IMG/VR virus record: IMGVR_UViG_3300047272_000220
Span: 1 to 33,977 of that record
Direction: 5' to 3' (one strand)
Length of the DNA: 33,977 nucleotides
Source: a virus
Taxonomy: Duplodnaviria; Caudoviricetes
Shown: in pieces, positions 9,210-17,699 of the stretch
Numbering within the stretch: the first letter of the stretch is position 1
Layout of the letters: every line of letters begins with the position of its first letter
The notes under the pieces: generated by a model
Databases searched by the model: none
Seen by the model: only the letters and a program-made list of their open reading frames with translations
Told to the model about the DNA's origin: nothing
Translations under genes and position numbers: made by a program

Positions 9210-9247
9210 ACCATGCTCCTGATTAGTTCAAGAGCATGGTAGCACAT
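9202..9247 (-). promoter_or_regulatory. hairpin sequestering the RBS and start codon of the GIY-YIG gene
   Basis: Perfect TACCATGCTC/GAGCATGGTA inverted repeat, extendable to about 20 bp. Confidence 0.75.
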
Positions 9248-9278
9248 CATCCAGCTAGTCTGGTATCTTGCTGTTTAA

Positions 9279-10559
9279 TTATTGATTAAACAACAAAATT
9301 CCCGACATTTCCGGGTTCTTGTTCACCACACCGAACAGCGTGTCCATACGGTACTTGATGGTCATGCTGTCAATGTCGTAGAACTTCTGCAAGACCAGCT
9401 CAATGCCCTGGTCGGTGGTGGCACGCATCACTGCGACGCCAGCGTCCGAAGGCACGGCATAACGGCCAGGCAAAATTTCCAGCGAGTCACGCTGCCAGAA
9501 CACGTTCACCGAAGCGGCGTTCACGTTCAAGAAGGTGATGGCGGCAGTGTTGGACGGCGCGGACACTTCCACGTTCTTGTACTGCAGCTGGGCGTCGGTG
9601 GCAACGCTCTGTGCGCCAATGATCGGGGGAGTGATCACCATGGTGGTGCTGTTGGTCACGCTCACGACACGGAAGGTCTTGAGTTGGCCAGTGCTTTGCT
9701 TGGTGATGTGGTGCACAGCGAACACGCCAGCGATTGTGAAGGCATCGCCTGCGGCCACGTTGGTGGTCGAGGAGACGGTCACGGTCTGGAAGCGGTTATC
9801 CACGTTGATCTGGCCGCCGACGGAAGTCGAAGTGGCCTGAGGCGTGTAGTTCGCTTGTGTGCCTGCACCGCTGGTGTCGATGGTGATCGACGCGCCACCA
9901 GCTGCAGCAGCTTGGCGGTTGGCGTAGTCCATCTTGTAGGTGTCGAAGCCTGCGACCATGCCGACGTAGCTGCGCTCGTAGGCTTTGTCGGACTTCTGGT
10001 TGCCGAAGCTGCGAGCAGTGCCAACCAGGTTGCCGGCCAAGCCGTTGTAGTCGCGGCTGGACAGAGCCATGAAGCGGTCGTAGTCAGGCACGCCTTGCTC
10101 GTTCATGATGGCGTCGCACAGGGCCACGTCGTCATAGTCACCGGCAGCGGCAGCGATTGGCACAACCAAAGAACCCAAGCCAGCGGCTGCGTTCATGATG
10201 GCGATGTTGATGTCGCTGGCCAGTTTTTGCTTGGCGGAGTCGCCCAGGCGGCCTTCTTGCAAGGCGTCGCGCAGTTCGAGGGAAGTCATTTCCCAAGGCA
10301 CGGTCTTGCTGAAGCCCAAAGTCGCAGGGACGGCCAACTGAGTCATGCCCTGGTAGCCGGGGATCGGCGTGCCAGGAGTGCTGTTGATCGACTGAGCGAT
10401 GTAGGGCTGTGGACGCCAGATGGTGTTGTTGGCGCGTTCCATCATTGTCTGGTCTGTGTTGTAGACCGAGACGTTGCGGGACAGCACGAGAGCGTCTTGG
10501 AAGCCTTCGAGGAGGTCTTCAAACGCGACGCGTTCTTCTTTCGAGAAACTATTGGACAT
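9279..10559 (-). CDS. major capsid protein, P22 gp5-like
   Basis: 426 aa; MERANNTIWRP, ELRDALQEGRLG, AKQKLASDIN; follows the scaffold gene. Confidence 0.92.
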   Translation of the reverse strand: MSNSFSKEERVAFEDLLEGFQDALVLSRNVSVYNTDQTMMERANNTIWRPQPYIAQSINSTPGTPIPGYQGMTQLAVPATLGFSKTVPWEMTSLELRDALQEGRLGDSAKQKLASDINIAIMNAAAGLGSLVVPIAAAAGDYDDVALCDAIMNEQGVPDYDRFMALSSRDYNGLAGNLVGTARSFGNQKSDKAYERSYVGMVAGFDTYKMDYANRQAAAAGGASITIDTSGAGTQANYTPQATSTSVGGQINVDNRFQTVTVSSTTNVAAGDAFTIAGVFAVHHITKQSTGQLKTFRVVSVTNSTTMVITPPIIGAQSVATDAQLQYKNVEVSAPSNTAAITFLNVNAASVNVFWQRDSLEILPGRYAVPSDAGVAVMRATTDQGIELVLQKFYDIDSMTIKYRMDTLFGVVNKNPEMSGILLFNQ

Positions 10560-10579
10560 GATTTTTCCTTAAAAAATGG

Positions 10580-11473
10580 TCATTTTGAAGCTGCACGCTT
10601 CTGCGCCTTGTACTGGATGACCTTGGTCATGTTGCCAGTACGGGCGGCTTCTTCGCGCAGCCGTTCGAGGGTTGAGTCCACCGCGCCAGACACTCGACCA
10701 GTTGAGCTGATCATGCGTTCGGGTGCAGGGGCTGCCTTTCGGTTCGTAACTTTCAATTCCTTCTCCAGTTTCGCTACCGCAAAGGCAAACTTTACGGGGT
10801 CTTCAATTTTGGCCAGCTCTGCCGCCTTCTTTGGGTTCTTGCCGAGTGCGTAAATCACCAAAGCAGGATTGTCTGCACCTTGCAGCACGACGCCTTGTTG
10901 CGTGATGTTGAAGAGTTCCTGGGCCACGGCCTCGGCATCCTCAAAATCTCGCACCTTCAGCTCAGCTTTCGCCTTGCCGTAGCCTTCGAGCTTTTCCTGC
11001 CAGGCTTGTTTTTGCGCTTGCTCGGCCTGCTGCAGCTTGTTGGCTTCAGTGTCGGCTTGGCGTTTGCGCTCGAACCAGTCTGTCAGGGCAGATTCAAACT
11101 TGTCAGCGTCATAGTCGAAATCTTCCAGCTTCGGCTTTGCCCCAAGTGCGACCGGCTTTTTCTCAGTCGTCTGGGTCAGCTTCGCTTCGAGTTCTCGAAT
11201 GCGCTTTTCCTTCTCGCGGTTTGCTTTACGCAGCTCTTTCACCCAACCAGGTGCGTGAGCTTGCTCATCGGGAGGTGGCGCGTCCTCACCAATGGAGACG
11301 ATCACTTCGTTGTCGTCGCCTTCTTGATCGTCGCCGGATTGCTGGTCGTTCTGGTCGGTGCCGGAATTTTGCTCGTCACCCACGTTCTCAGAATCGTCCT
11401 GGCTTTCCTGATCGTCGATCACCAAGGTGTCGTCGTCGAGGTTTTCATCTCCTGTTGCTGCCTTTTTAGTCAT
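10580..11473 (-). CDS. scaffolding protein
   Basis: Acidic N-terminus, coiled coil, KPKLEDFDYD motif, basic C-terminus; between portal and coat. Confidence 0.85.
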   Translation of the reverse strand: MTKKAATGDENLDDDTLVIDDQESQDDSENVGDEQNSGTDQNDQQSGDDQEGDDNEVIVSIGEDAPPPDEQAHAPGWVKELRKANREKEKRIRELEAKLTQTTEKKPVALGAKPKLEDFDYDADKFESALTDWFERKRQADTEANKLQQAEQAQKQAWQEKLEGYGKAKAELKVRDFEDAEAVAQELFNITQQGVVLQGADNPALVIYALGKNPKKAAELAKIEDPVKFAFAVAKLEKELKVTNRKAAPAPERMISSTGRVSGAVDSTLERLREEAARTGNMTKVIQYKAQKRAASK

Positions 11474-11550
11474 TCAAATACCCCATTTAACTCATCCACT
11501 TCAAACGGCTGGATGGATACCGTGTACCCACATTCTCCACCATATCGATG

Positions 11551-13617
11551 TCATCTGACAACAGGCTGCACTTGTTCTCCAATTGCTGCCTGTTCCAGTG
11601 CTTCGATTGTGGTCAATGCGATGTTCTGATCGATCTCGCTGGCCTTGGCGATGGTCTCGGCCGTCTGGGCGCGTTTAAGTTCTGCGCTTGCGATGGTCTC
11701 CACCGTGTCGGCACGTGCCTTGGCAGCCTTGGCCACGGCTTCTTCGGCTGCGGCTTGCAGGAAGATGGCGTTCGGGTCTTGCTGTTGGCCAGCGGCTTGC
11801 ATCTCGGCCATGAGCGCCTCGGCTTCTGCGTCGGTCGGCTTGACCACGCCCATGCGAATCAGGCGCTTGCGGAAATAGTCCTGCACGTCGCCAACGCCCT
11901 CGCCTTCCATGTTCATCATGGCCATAGCACCAAGCACTTGCAAGGTCTCGGGGTCTTGGGTGATCTGCATCATGCCGGTCAGGGCGCGAACGGTTGCCGC
12001 ACGCTTGGAGCTGGAGGACGGGCCGACGTCCACATCCACGTCGAACTTGGCCGCTCCCAGGTCGTTGGCCATCTTGACCTCGCCGGTCTCCTGGTCGATT
12101 GTTGGTTGCATCAAGGTGACGGAGTCGGTGTCGCCGTTGTCGGTGATCACCTTCATCTGGCGGCCTTCCTCGACATAAACGTCCTTGGCCATGCTCAGCC
12201 AGATTTCGCCGCAGCGCTTCATGGCCTTGGCGAAGTTGCTCATGTAGATGAACGTCTGCATGTCCAGGCGTTGCTGGATCATCTCCACGGCCTTGCCGGA
12301 AACGTTGCTGACGACTTTCTCGCCTGCCTGCGGGTTGCCCAGAATGTCCTGCATGTCCTGCTCGGTCACTTGCAGCAGGGCTGCCATGGCCGGAGGGATT
12401 GCCGGGCTGCGCGTGTAGGCCACCGGGCCGCTGATCGTCTGGCTGCCGTCTGCGTTGGTGATCGGGTTGATCAGCAGGTAAGGGTAATCCTTGAGGTTGT
12501 CCTCGGCCCACATGAGCTGGTGGCCAGCGATCTGCTCAGGCGTAAGGATTGGCTTCTCGACGCTGGACAGGGCGCTGATCTCGCCCAACTTGGACAGCTG
12601 CATGTTTTTGAGGCGCTGAGCGTCCTTGGCCAGGCGAACGTGGCCCATGCAGCGCTCGACGTTGTCCACAAACCAGCGCTTGCCGTAGACCGGCACGATG
12701 GGGATGCACTTGCCTGCGATGTAGCCGCAGTCTTCCAGCACTTTGCCACCGGACATGATGTACTTGTGAATCTTGCGCGACTTGATCTTGCGCTGGCGCA
12801 CCTCGACGCTGCCAATGGCGGCCAGGGTTTCTTCCAGGGCCGGGTCGTCGGTGAACTCGCTGGACTTGTAGCGATCCTCGGTGCCGTCAATGGCTCGGAA
12901 AATGCGAATGGTCTCGGTGACGTCCTCGACTTTGTAGTATTCCGCGATGTAGACCACATCGGGCGTGCACCAGTCGAACTCGTACTGATGGATGATCTTG
13001 GGCCAGTCGGTCGGGTCGTCGTTCCACTCTTCCTTGTAGGACTCGTAGGTCATCGAGTAGATGACGTAGCAGAAACGGGCGTCGGCCTTGTCCTGGCGCT
13101 TGGCGTTCAGGTCAAAGAACACGGAGCTGTCGGCATCAAAGATCGGCTCGATCTGAATGCGCTGGCGCTCGTTGTCCTCGTCCTCGTCGTCCTCGTAGGT
13201 GGTGCGCAGTCGCCAGGCACCAAAGCCACCGCCGACGGCCTCTTCAAAAGCGTTGTCGTAGGCCTCGTTGGCCACGCTGTCGTGCTCGTCGGCACGGTAC
13301 AAGCCGTCGCAAGTGTCGGCCAGCTTGTCATTCTCCGCGCCGTCCTTGGACACAAAGTCCACGGTGATGCGGTTGTTGCGGTATTCCGAGATGATGCGCA
13401 TGACCGCCAGGGCGATCTTGTTCACCTCGAACTTGGGCTTGTTCTCGTAGATGTCCCAGAGTGGGCCTTCCCATTGAGCACCGGCCAGCGAGTAGAAGCG
13501 CCGGTCTTGCAAGCACTGAAGGCGCTCGTCACGCAGCGCCGTTTGGACGTTGTCAAACTGAGAGAGCGCTTCTGAGTGAAGATTCGCCAGTCGCTGCTCT
13601 TTGGAAATGCGTGCCAT
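11551..13617 (-). CDS. portal protein, P22-like
   Basis: 688 aa; GAQW, AFEEAVGGGFGAWRL, IPIVPVYGKRWFVD, GHVRLAKDAQRL, helical C-terminal barrel. Confidence 0.93.
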   Translation of the reverse strand: MARISKEQRLANLHSEALSQFDNVQTALRDERLQCLQDRRFYSLAGAQWEGPLWDIYENKPKFEVNKIALAVMRIISEYRNNRITVDFVSKDGAENDKLADTCDGLYRADEHDSVANEAYDNAFEEAVGGGFGAWRLRTTYEDDEDEDNERQRIQIEPIFDADSSVFFDLNAKRQDKADARFCYVIYSMTYESYKEEWNDDPTDWPKIIHQYEFDWCTPDVVYIAEYYKVEDVTETIRIFRAIDGTEDRYKSSEFTDDPALEETLAAIGSVEVRQRKIKSRKIHKYIMSGGKVLEDCGYIAGKCIPIVPVYGKRWFVDNVERCMGHVRLAKDAQRLKNMQLSKLGEISALSSVEKPILTPEQIAGHQLMWAEDNLKDYPYLLINPITNADGSQTISGPVAYTRSPAIPPAMAALLQVTEQDMQDILGNPQAGEKVVSNVSGKAVEMIQQRLDMQTFIYMSNFAKAMKRCGEIWLSMAKDVYVEEGRQMKVITDNGDTDSVTLMQPTIDQETGEVKMANDLGAAKFDVDVDVGPSSSSKRAATVRALTGMMQITQDPETLQVLGAMAMMNMEGEGVGDVQDYFRKRLIRMGVVKPTDAEAEALMAEMQAAGQQQDPNAIFLQAAAEEAVAKAAKARADTVETIASAELKRAQTAETIAKASEIDQNIALTTIEALEQAAIGEQVQPVVR

Positions 13618-13644
13618 ATTTTTGCCCTCGTTTCAAGTATTTTC

Positions 13645-15117
13645 TCACCATTTCGACACGGTAGGCAATGGTTTGACCATCGCCGCCTTGTTTGCCGGTA
13701 GGCGCTGCACCAGGTTGATCGCGTCAAACATCGGGTCAAGCTGGTCGTCGTGAGCGCCTGACGGGAAGGCCGCGACCTCGGCCAGGAAGTCCGAAAGCCA
13801 TGGCGCGTCCTGCGGAAGCAGCACGTTGCCGGTCTCGATGAACGGTGCCGCGTCGTAACCTCGGCTGATCTTGTCCTTGTTGCGCTGCACGGCAATGACC
13901 GGCAGGCCTTCCCTGCGAAGGGTCTGGATCAAGCCGGTGCCCGATACCTTGTCCTCGACGTACATGCCGCGCATGGTGGCCGCGGTGGCCAGCGGTCTCG
14001 GGTCGTTGAGATGCTTGAGCCAAAAGGCACGGGCCTGCACCAGAAGCTCGGGTGCTTCCCACTTGCCGCGCACCTGGTCGAGCTTGACGGCCTTGCCAAT
14101 GGATGAGCGTGCCCAACACTGCAGCACAGACCAGTCGTTGTGGTCGGCGGTCTTTTGGGCCGTGTCCACGGTGATGAAGCGGAACTCCAGCTGCGGGACG
14201 TGCGACCAGTAGCCGAACCAGTCGGTGTTGATGATGCCGCCGCCTCGGGGTGCTGGCCGCTGCTGGAGCTGTCCGGCCGTGCCGTACGTGCCAAGGGTCT
14301 TTTCAAGTTCGGCCACCTGCGTCTCACCAAAGCGCTCGGGGAACATCAGCTCGCCTTCCTGGGTGCGCGGGTCAGTCCAGCCGATGCTGGTGGTGCACCG
14401 GAACTCAGGCTCGAAGCGCATCGGGATGCAAAGGTGCGTGTACGGAAGTCCCATTTCCTTGATGACGCCTGAAATGTCCTTCTCGTTCAGGCGCTGCATG
14501 ATGACCACGATGGCCGACTTGTCGGAGTTGACACGGGTCGGCAGGGTTTCGGTGAAGGCAATCCGTGCGGCCTCCAGCTTGGCAGCGCTGTTGGCGTTGT
14601 CGGCGCTGATCGGGTCGTCCAGGATGACGCGGTCGCCTCGCACGCCGGTCATGCTGGTGAAGGCTCGGGCCTGCCGAATGCCCTTGCGGGTATTCCCGAA
14701 CTCGCGCTTTCCGTCCAGGTCGGCCAACAGGTCAAGCGGCCAGAGCTTCTGGAACCACTCGGACTTGATCAGGTCGCGGCAGCGTCGGCTGTCTCGGATG
14801 GCCAGCTGCTCTTCGTGGGCAGTGCCAACAAAGCGCATCTCAGGCAGGCCAACTGGCCCCCACTCCCAGGCTGGCCAGATCACGCCGGTCAGCAGGGACT
14901 TCATGGAGCCGGGCGGCACGTTCATGAGCAGGCGGTTGATGTCGCCCTTGGTCACGGCCTCCAGGTGCAGGCAGATGGCATCGAGCGCCCAACCCCACTT
15001 CAATTGGGCAGCCGGTTCAAGCACGCGCCAGGCACGCTTGGCAAACTCGGCCAGGCTGCGCTTGCACAGCTCGCGCTCGATGGCCAGCAGGTCAGCCTCA
15101 GTCAGGAGCATTGGCAT
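13645..15117 (-). CDS. terL: terminase large subunit
   Basis: Walker A-like NVPPGSMKS, Walker B VILDDP, IVVIMQR, nuclease TVDTA...D and FPSGAHDDQLD. Confidence 0.93.
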   Translation of the reverse strand: MPMLLTEADLLAIERELCKRSLAEFAKRAWRVLEPAAQLKWGWALDAICLHLEAVTKGDINRLLMNVPPGSMKSLLTGVIWPAWEWGPVGLPEMRFVGTAHEEQLAIRDSRRCRDLIKSEWFQKLWPLDLLADLDGKREFGNTRKGIRQARAFTSMTGVRGDRVILDDPISADNANSAAKLEAARIAFTETLPTRVNSDKSAIVVIMQRLNEKDISGVIKEMGLPYTHLCIPMRFEPEFRCTTSIGWTDPRTQEGELMFPERFGETQVAELEKTLGTYGTAGQLQQRPAPRGGGIINTDWFGYWSHVPQLEFRFITVDTAQKTADHNDWSVLQCWARSSIGKAVKLDQVRGKWEAPELLVQARAFWLKHLNDPRPLATAATMRGMYVEDKVSGTGLIQTLRREGLPVIAVQRNKDKISRGYDAAPFIETGNVLLPQDAPWLSDFLAEVAAFPSGAHDDQLDPMFDAINLVQRLPANKAAMVKPLPTVSKW

Positions 15118-15589
15118 CCTTGGCCGCGATGATCTGCGCCAGCACGTCTGTGGATAACTTCGAGGCGTCGATGGTTTGCACTTGCAGCGGGTTTTCTTTG
15201 TCGCCTGCCAACTCCAGCCGGTCGCCGTATTTCTTCGGGGCCAGCTTGGATAAAAGCCACTTTCGGCTGTCCACTTGAAGTTTTCGCTGCTGGATGGCCT
15301 GCCAGTCGCGCTTTCCGTCTCCAGTTTCAGGGACTTCGCTGTCGGCCAGCTCTAGCACATCATTTGCCATGCGCTCGATGAGGTCTTCCCTCGCGTGCGC
15401 GTAATCTTCCGCAAGTTTAGCGTCAGCATCCACCCATCGGTTGAAGGTGCTTTGCGGAACTCCCGCTGCTTGGCAGGCTTTGAAAGCGCTCAGGCCATCT
15501 CGCATCCCTTGCAGGACAGCTTGGCAGATTGCGTCTTTGTCTCGCTCAGGTTTGGCTGTTTTTGTCTTTTCAGTGCGTTTTGTTGCCAT
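15098..15589 (-). CDS. terS: terminase small subunit (Sf6 gp1-like)
   Basis: N-terminal HTH; KLQVDSRKWLLSKLAPKKYGD motif; upstream of terL. Confidence 0.88.
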   Translation of the reverse strand: MATKRTEKTKTAKPERDKDAICQAVLQGMRDGLSAFKACQAAGVPQSTFNRWVDADAKLAEDYAHAREDLIERMANDVLELADSEVPETGDGKRDWQAIQQRKLQVDSRKWLLSKLAPKKYGDRLELAGDKENPLQVQTIDASKLSTDVLAQIIAAKDANAPD

Positions 15590-16322
15590 AGCTTTCTCCT
15601 TGCGTCAGCACTCGCATTGCTCTCGCAGCCACTGCTGGAACCCATCCATTTCCAGTGGTTTTGAGTCCGTCCATCCCTCTGGCCACATCATCAGGATTTC
15701 TTGGCATCTGGGTGTAGTCATCCGCTGATAGAGTCGCATCAATTGCTCTTGCAAATTGCCGTCTGCGTGATTCTTTCGGATCAACTTCAATGGGTTTCGG
15801 AAAGTCCAAGCCTTCCAACTCTGTGCGGTCGGTGTAAGCAACCATGTAAAACCGTGCTCTGTGATGCGCTGCTCCAATGGTTGACGCATAGAACACTCCC
15901 CATCTTGCATCAAACCCCATTCCGGCCAAGTCTCCGAGAACTCTGCCAAGCCCCCTAGAAGTGAGCATTGGCGAGTTTTCCACAAGCACAATTCTTGGTC
16001 GAACTTCACGAATGATTCTGGCCATTTCCACCCATAGTCCAGATCGTTCGCCATCCAATCCTGCCCCCCCCCCGCACTGGCTAATATCTTGGCATGGGAA
16101 TCCGCCAGTGACGACATCGACTGACCCATTCCAAGGTTTTCCATCAAAGGTTCTGACATCATCCCAGACTGGAAATTGGTCGATGACTCCATCTCGCATT
16201 CTGTCAAGCATGATCTGACGCGCTCCGGCATCAACTTCAACAGCGCAGACGGTGCGCCATCCAAGCAGCTTTCCTGCCAAGACGCTGCCACCCCCTCCTG
16301 CAAATAATGCCAGCTCATTCAT
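15570..16322 (-). CDS. C5 cytosine DNA methyltransferase, alpha-type polypeptide (motifs I-VIII and X)
   Basis: LFAGGGG (I), GGFPCQDIS (IV), VENS (VI), HHRAR (VIII), GNGWVP (X); motif IX absent; ATG 16322 after AAGGTG. Confidence 0.88.
   Translation of the reverse strand: MNELALFAGGGGSVLAGKLLGWRTVCAVEVDAGARQIMLDRMRDGVIDQFPVWDDVRTFDGKPWNGSVDVVTGGFPCQDISQCGGGAGLDGERSGLWVEMARIIREVRPRIVLVENSPMLTSRGLGRVLGDLAGMGFDARWGVFYASTIGAAHHRARFYMVAYTDRTELEGLDFPKPIEVDPKESRRRQFARAIDATLSADDYTQMPRNPDDVARGMDGLKTTGNGWVPAVAARAMRVLTQGESYGNKTH
15605..16318 (-). CDS. nested alternative-frame ORF, putative MTase beta polypeptide carrying motif IX
   Basis: 237 aa with no stop, on the same strand in a different frame; TPRCQEILMMWPEGWT matches motif IX; ATGA-coupled to the HNH stop. 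Confidence 0.72.
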   Translation of the reverse strand: MSWHYLQEGVAASWQESCLDGAPSALLKLMPERVRSCLTECEMESSTNFQSGMMSEPLMENLGMGQSMSSLADSHAKILASAGGGQDWMANDLDYGWKWPESFVKFDQELCLWKTRQCSLLGGLAEFSETWPEWGLMQDGECSMRQPLEQRITEHGFTWLLTPTAQSWKAWTFRNPLKLIRKNHADGNLQEQLMRLYQRMTTPRCQEILMMWPEGWTDSKPLEMDGFQQWLREQCEC

Positions 16323-16866
16323 TGTCACCTTTCAGCCTGTTTTTGATTACGTGATAAGCGCCACTTTTTGAGATGTTCAAGAACAATGCAACGTCAGCAA
16401 CTGAAGCGCCGCCATCGACCATTTTTGAAATCACATCTGCCATTGGGTGCTTGGTCTGTTTTGTGCCTCTTTTTTTGTGCCATGGCTTTTTGAAGTTTTT
16501 TGGCCTTGCGTAAGTTCCATGCAATTTTTTGTGCTGCTCATTCTCTGAATGACTTGCCCAAGCAAGGTTTGATGGCGCATTGTTTTGCGGGTTTCCATCA
16601 AGATGCGATGCCTCTTGCTTGCCCTCTGGTAAACCATGAAACGCCATGCACACAAGACGATGGACTGACGTTTTGACACCAGCCCCTGCTTGGCAATACT
16701 GGTATGCGTTCGCCATCCAAGGCTTGAGCTTTTTCCCCTTCAGCATGAAAGCACGTTCAACACCTTTGATCGTTTTCTTCACAGACCGATCTTTTGACCA
16801 GATTTCTCCAAGACTGTTCGCCATGTAACCCCGTGCAATCGGTATGTCTCGCCATTCAATTTCCAT
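16315..16866 (-). mobile_element. NUMOD4-HNH homing endonuclease
   Basis: EWRDIP...YMANSLGEI (NUMOD4), VHRLVCMAF...SHLDGNPQNNAPSNLAW...EN (HNH), C-terminal HTH; AT-richer than its flanks. Confidence 0.88.
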
Positions 16867-16894
16867 AAATGCTCCATTGCATTGTTTGGAAATT

Positions 16895-16923
16895 ATTGTA
16901 GGGGTTTAATCTGAAGTTGTCAA
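16895..16923 (-). promoter_or_regulatory. near-consensus sigma70 promoter for HNH/MTase
   Basis: TTGACA-17-TACAAT. Confidence 0.8.
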
Positions 16924-16970
16924 TGGAATGAGCGCATCGATCTGGATGGATTCGAGCTGGTCTGGGAGTT

Positions 16971-17318
16971 TCATTCTGTGGGCCTTTCGATGCGAACTTC
17001 TACAAATCCGCCGACCGCCTCGCCCTTGCGGATGGTCAGCGTCCAGTGTTTGTCGTCTACCTTGAGCACGTCGGCCAGGCCATCGAGACCGGCTTTCATG
17101 CGTGCCAGGGCGTTGTCCAGGTCATACTGCCTGCGGGTTGGCGGGTAGAACGTCAGGGTCAGGTGCAGGCTGGCGGCCTGGATCGGGCGTGCGCCTTCCT
17201 CCATAGCCTGCCAAAAACAGAGTTCTCGATACTGCTTTTTGAGCTTTGCGGTCTTGGCCCAGTGATTTCTGGCGTTCGGGGACAGGCCGGTGGGTGGCCA
17301 TGGCAGCTTGATGATCAT
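16971..17318 (-). CDS. RusA-like endodeoxyribonuclease
   Basis: LPWPP...LSPN...FYPPTRRQYDLDN...KAGLDGLADVLKVDD. Confidence 0.8.
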   Translation of the reverse strand: MIIKLPWPPTGLSPNARNHWAKTAKLKKQYRELCFWQAMEEGARPIQAASLHLTLTFYPPTRRQYDLDNALARMKAGLDGLADVLKVDDKHWTLTIRKGEAVGGFVEVRIERPTE

Positions 17319-17431
17319 TTCCACCTCGTCCAGATCAGCCAGGCGTACAGCGCCAGGACAGCCCACCACTGGCCAAGTGCAACAAGTGCAATGGTCAGCA
17401 GGACGGGCCACAGGGTTTCAAGCTGTCCCAT
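17315..17431 (-). CDS. small membrane protein (38 aa)
   Basis: MGQLETLWPVLLTIALVALGQWWAVLALYAWLIWTRWK; overlaps both neighbours, ATGA junction with the RusA-like gene. Confidence 0.5.
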   Translation of the reverse strand: MGQLETLWPVLLTIALVALGQWWAVLALYAWLIWTRWK

Positions 17432-17699
17432 TGTCGCCTTCCAGCCGGTCGGCCACCAGGGTGGCGTAGCCTGCGATGTCGATCCAGTTGTCGGCATAGT
17501 TCGGGTCGCCGTTGATGATCCTGGCGATCTTGTGGGCAATCATATCCAAGGCCTCAAGCTGGTCGTGGTCGAGCTCCTTGCCGCGAGCTTTGGCGGCCGA
17601 GTGAATCACCTGCTTGAGCACCTGGCTAATTTCGGCATGACCTTTGAAGCTGCCATAGCGCTTCTGGCGTCCAGCCAGCATTTCGTTGATGTCGGTCAT
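17418..17699 (-). CDS. DUF6378-like protein
   Basis: RQKRYGSF...MIAHKIARIINGDPNYADNWIDIAGYATL; start moved to the ATGA-coupled ATG 17699. Confidence 0.75.
   Translation of the reverse strand: MTDINEMLAGRQKRYGSFKGHAEISQVLKQVIHSAAKARGKELDHDQLEALDMIAHKIARIINGDPNYADNWIDIAGYATLVADRLEGDNGTA

Noticed and set aside
11548-13575. 675-aa plus-strand ORF antisense to portal (similarly 9282-10853, 1031-2344, 14225-15157, 5345-6220)
   Set aside because: Shadow ORFs expected from biased codon usage in GC-rich genes; no recognisable motifs, and the opposite strand carries clear conserved genes
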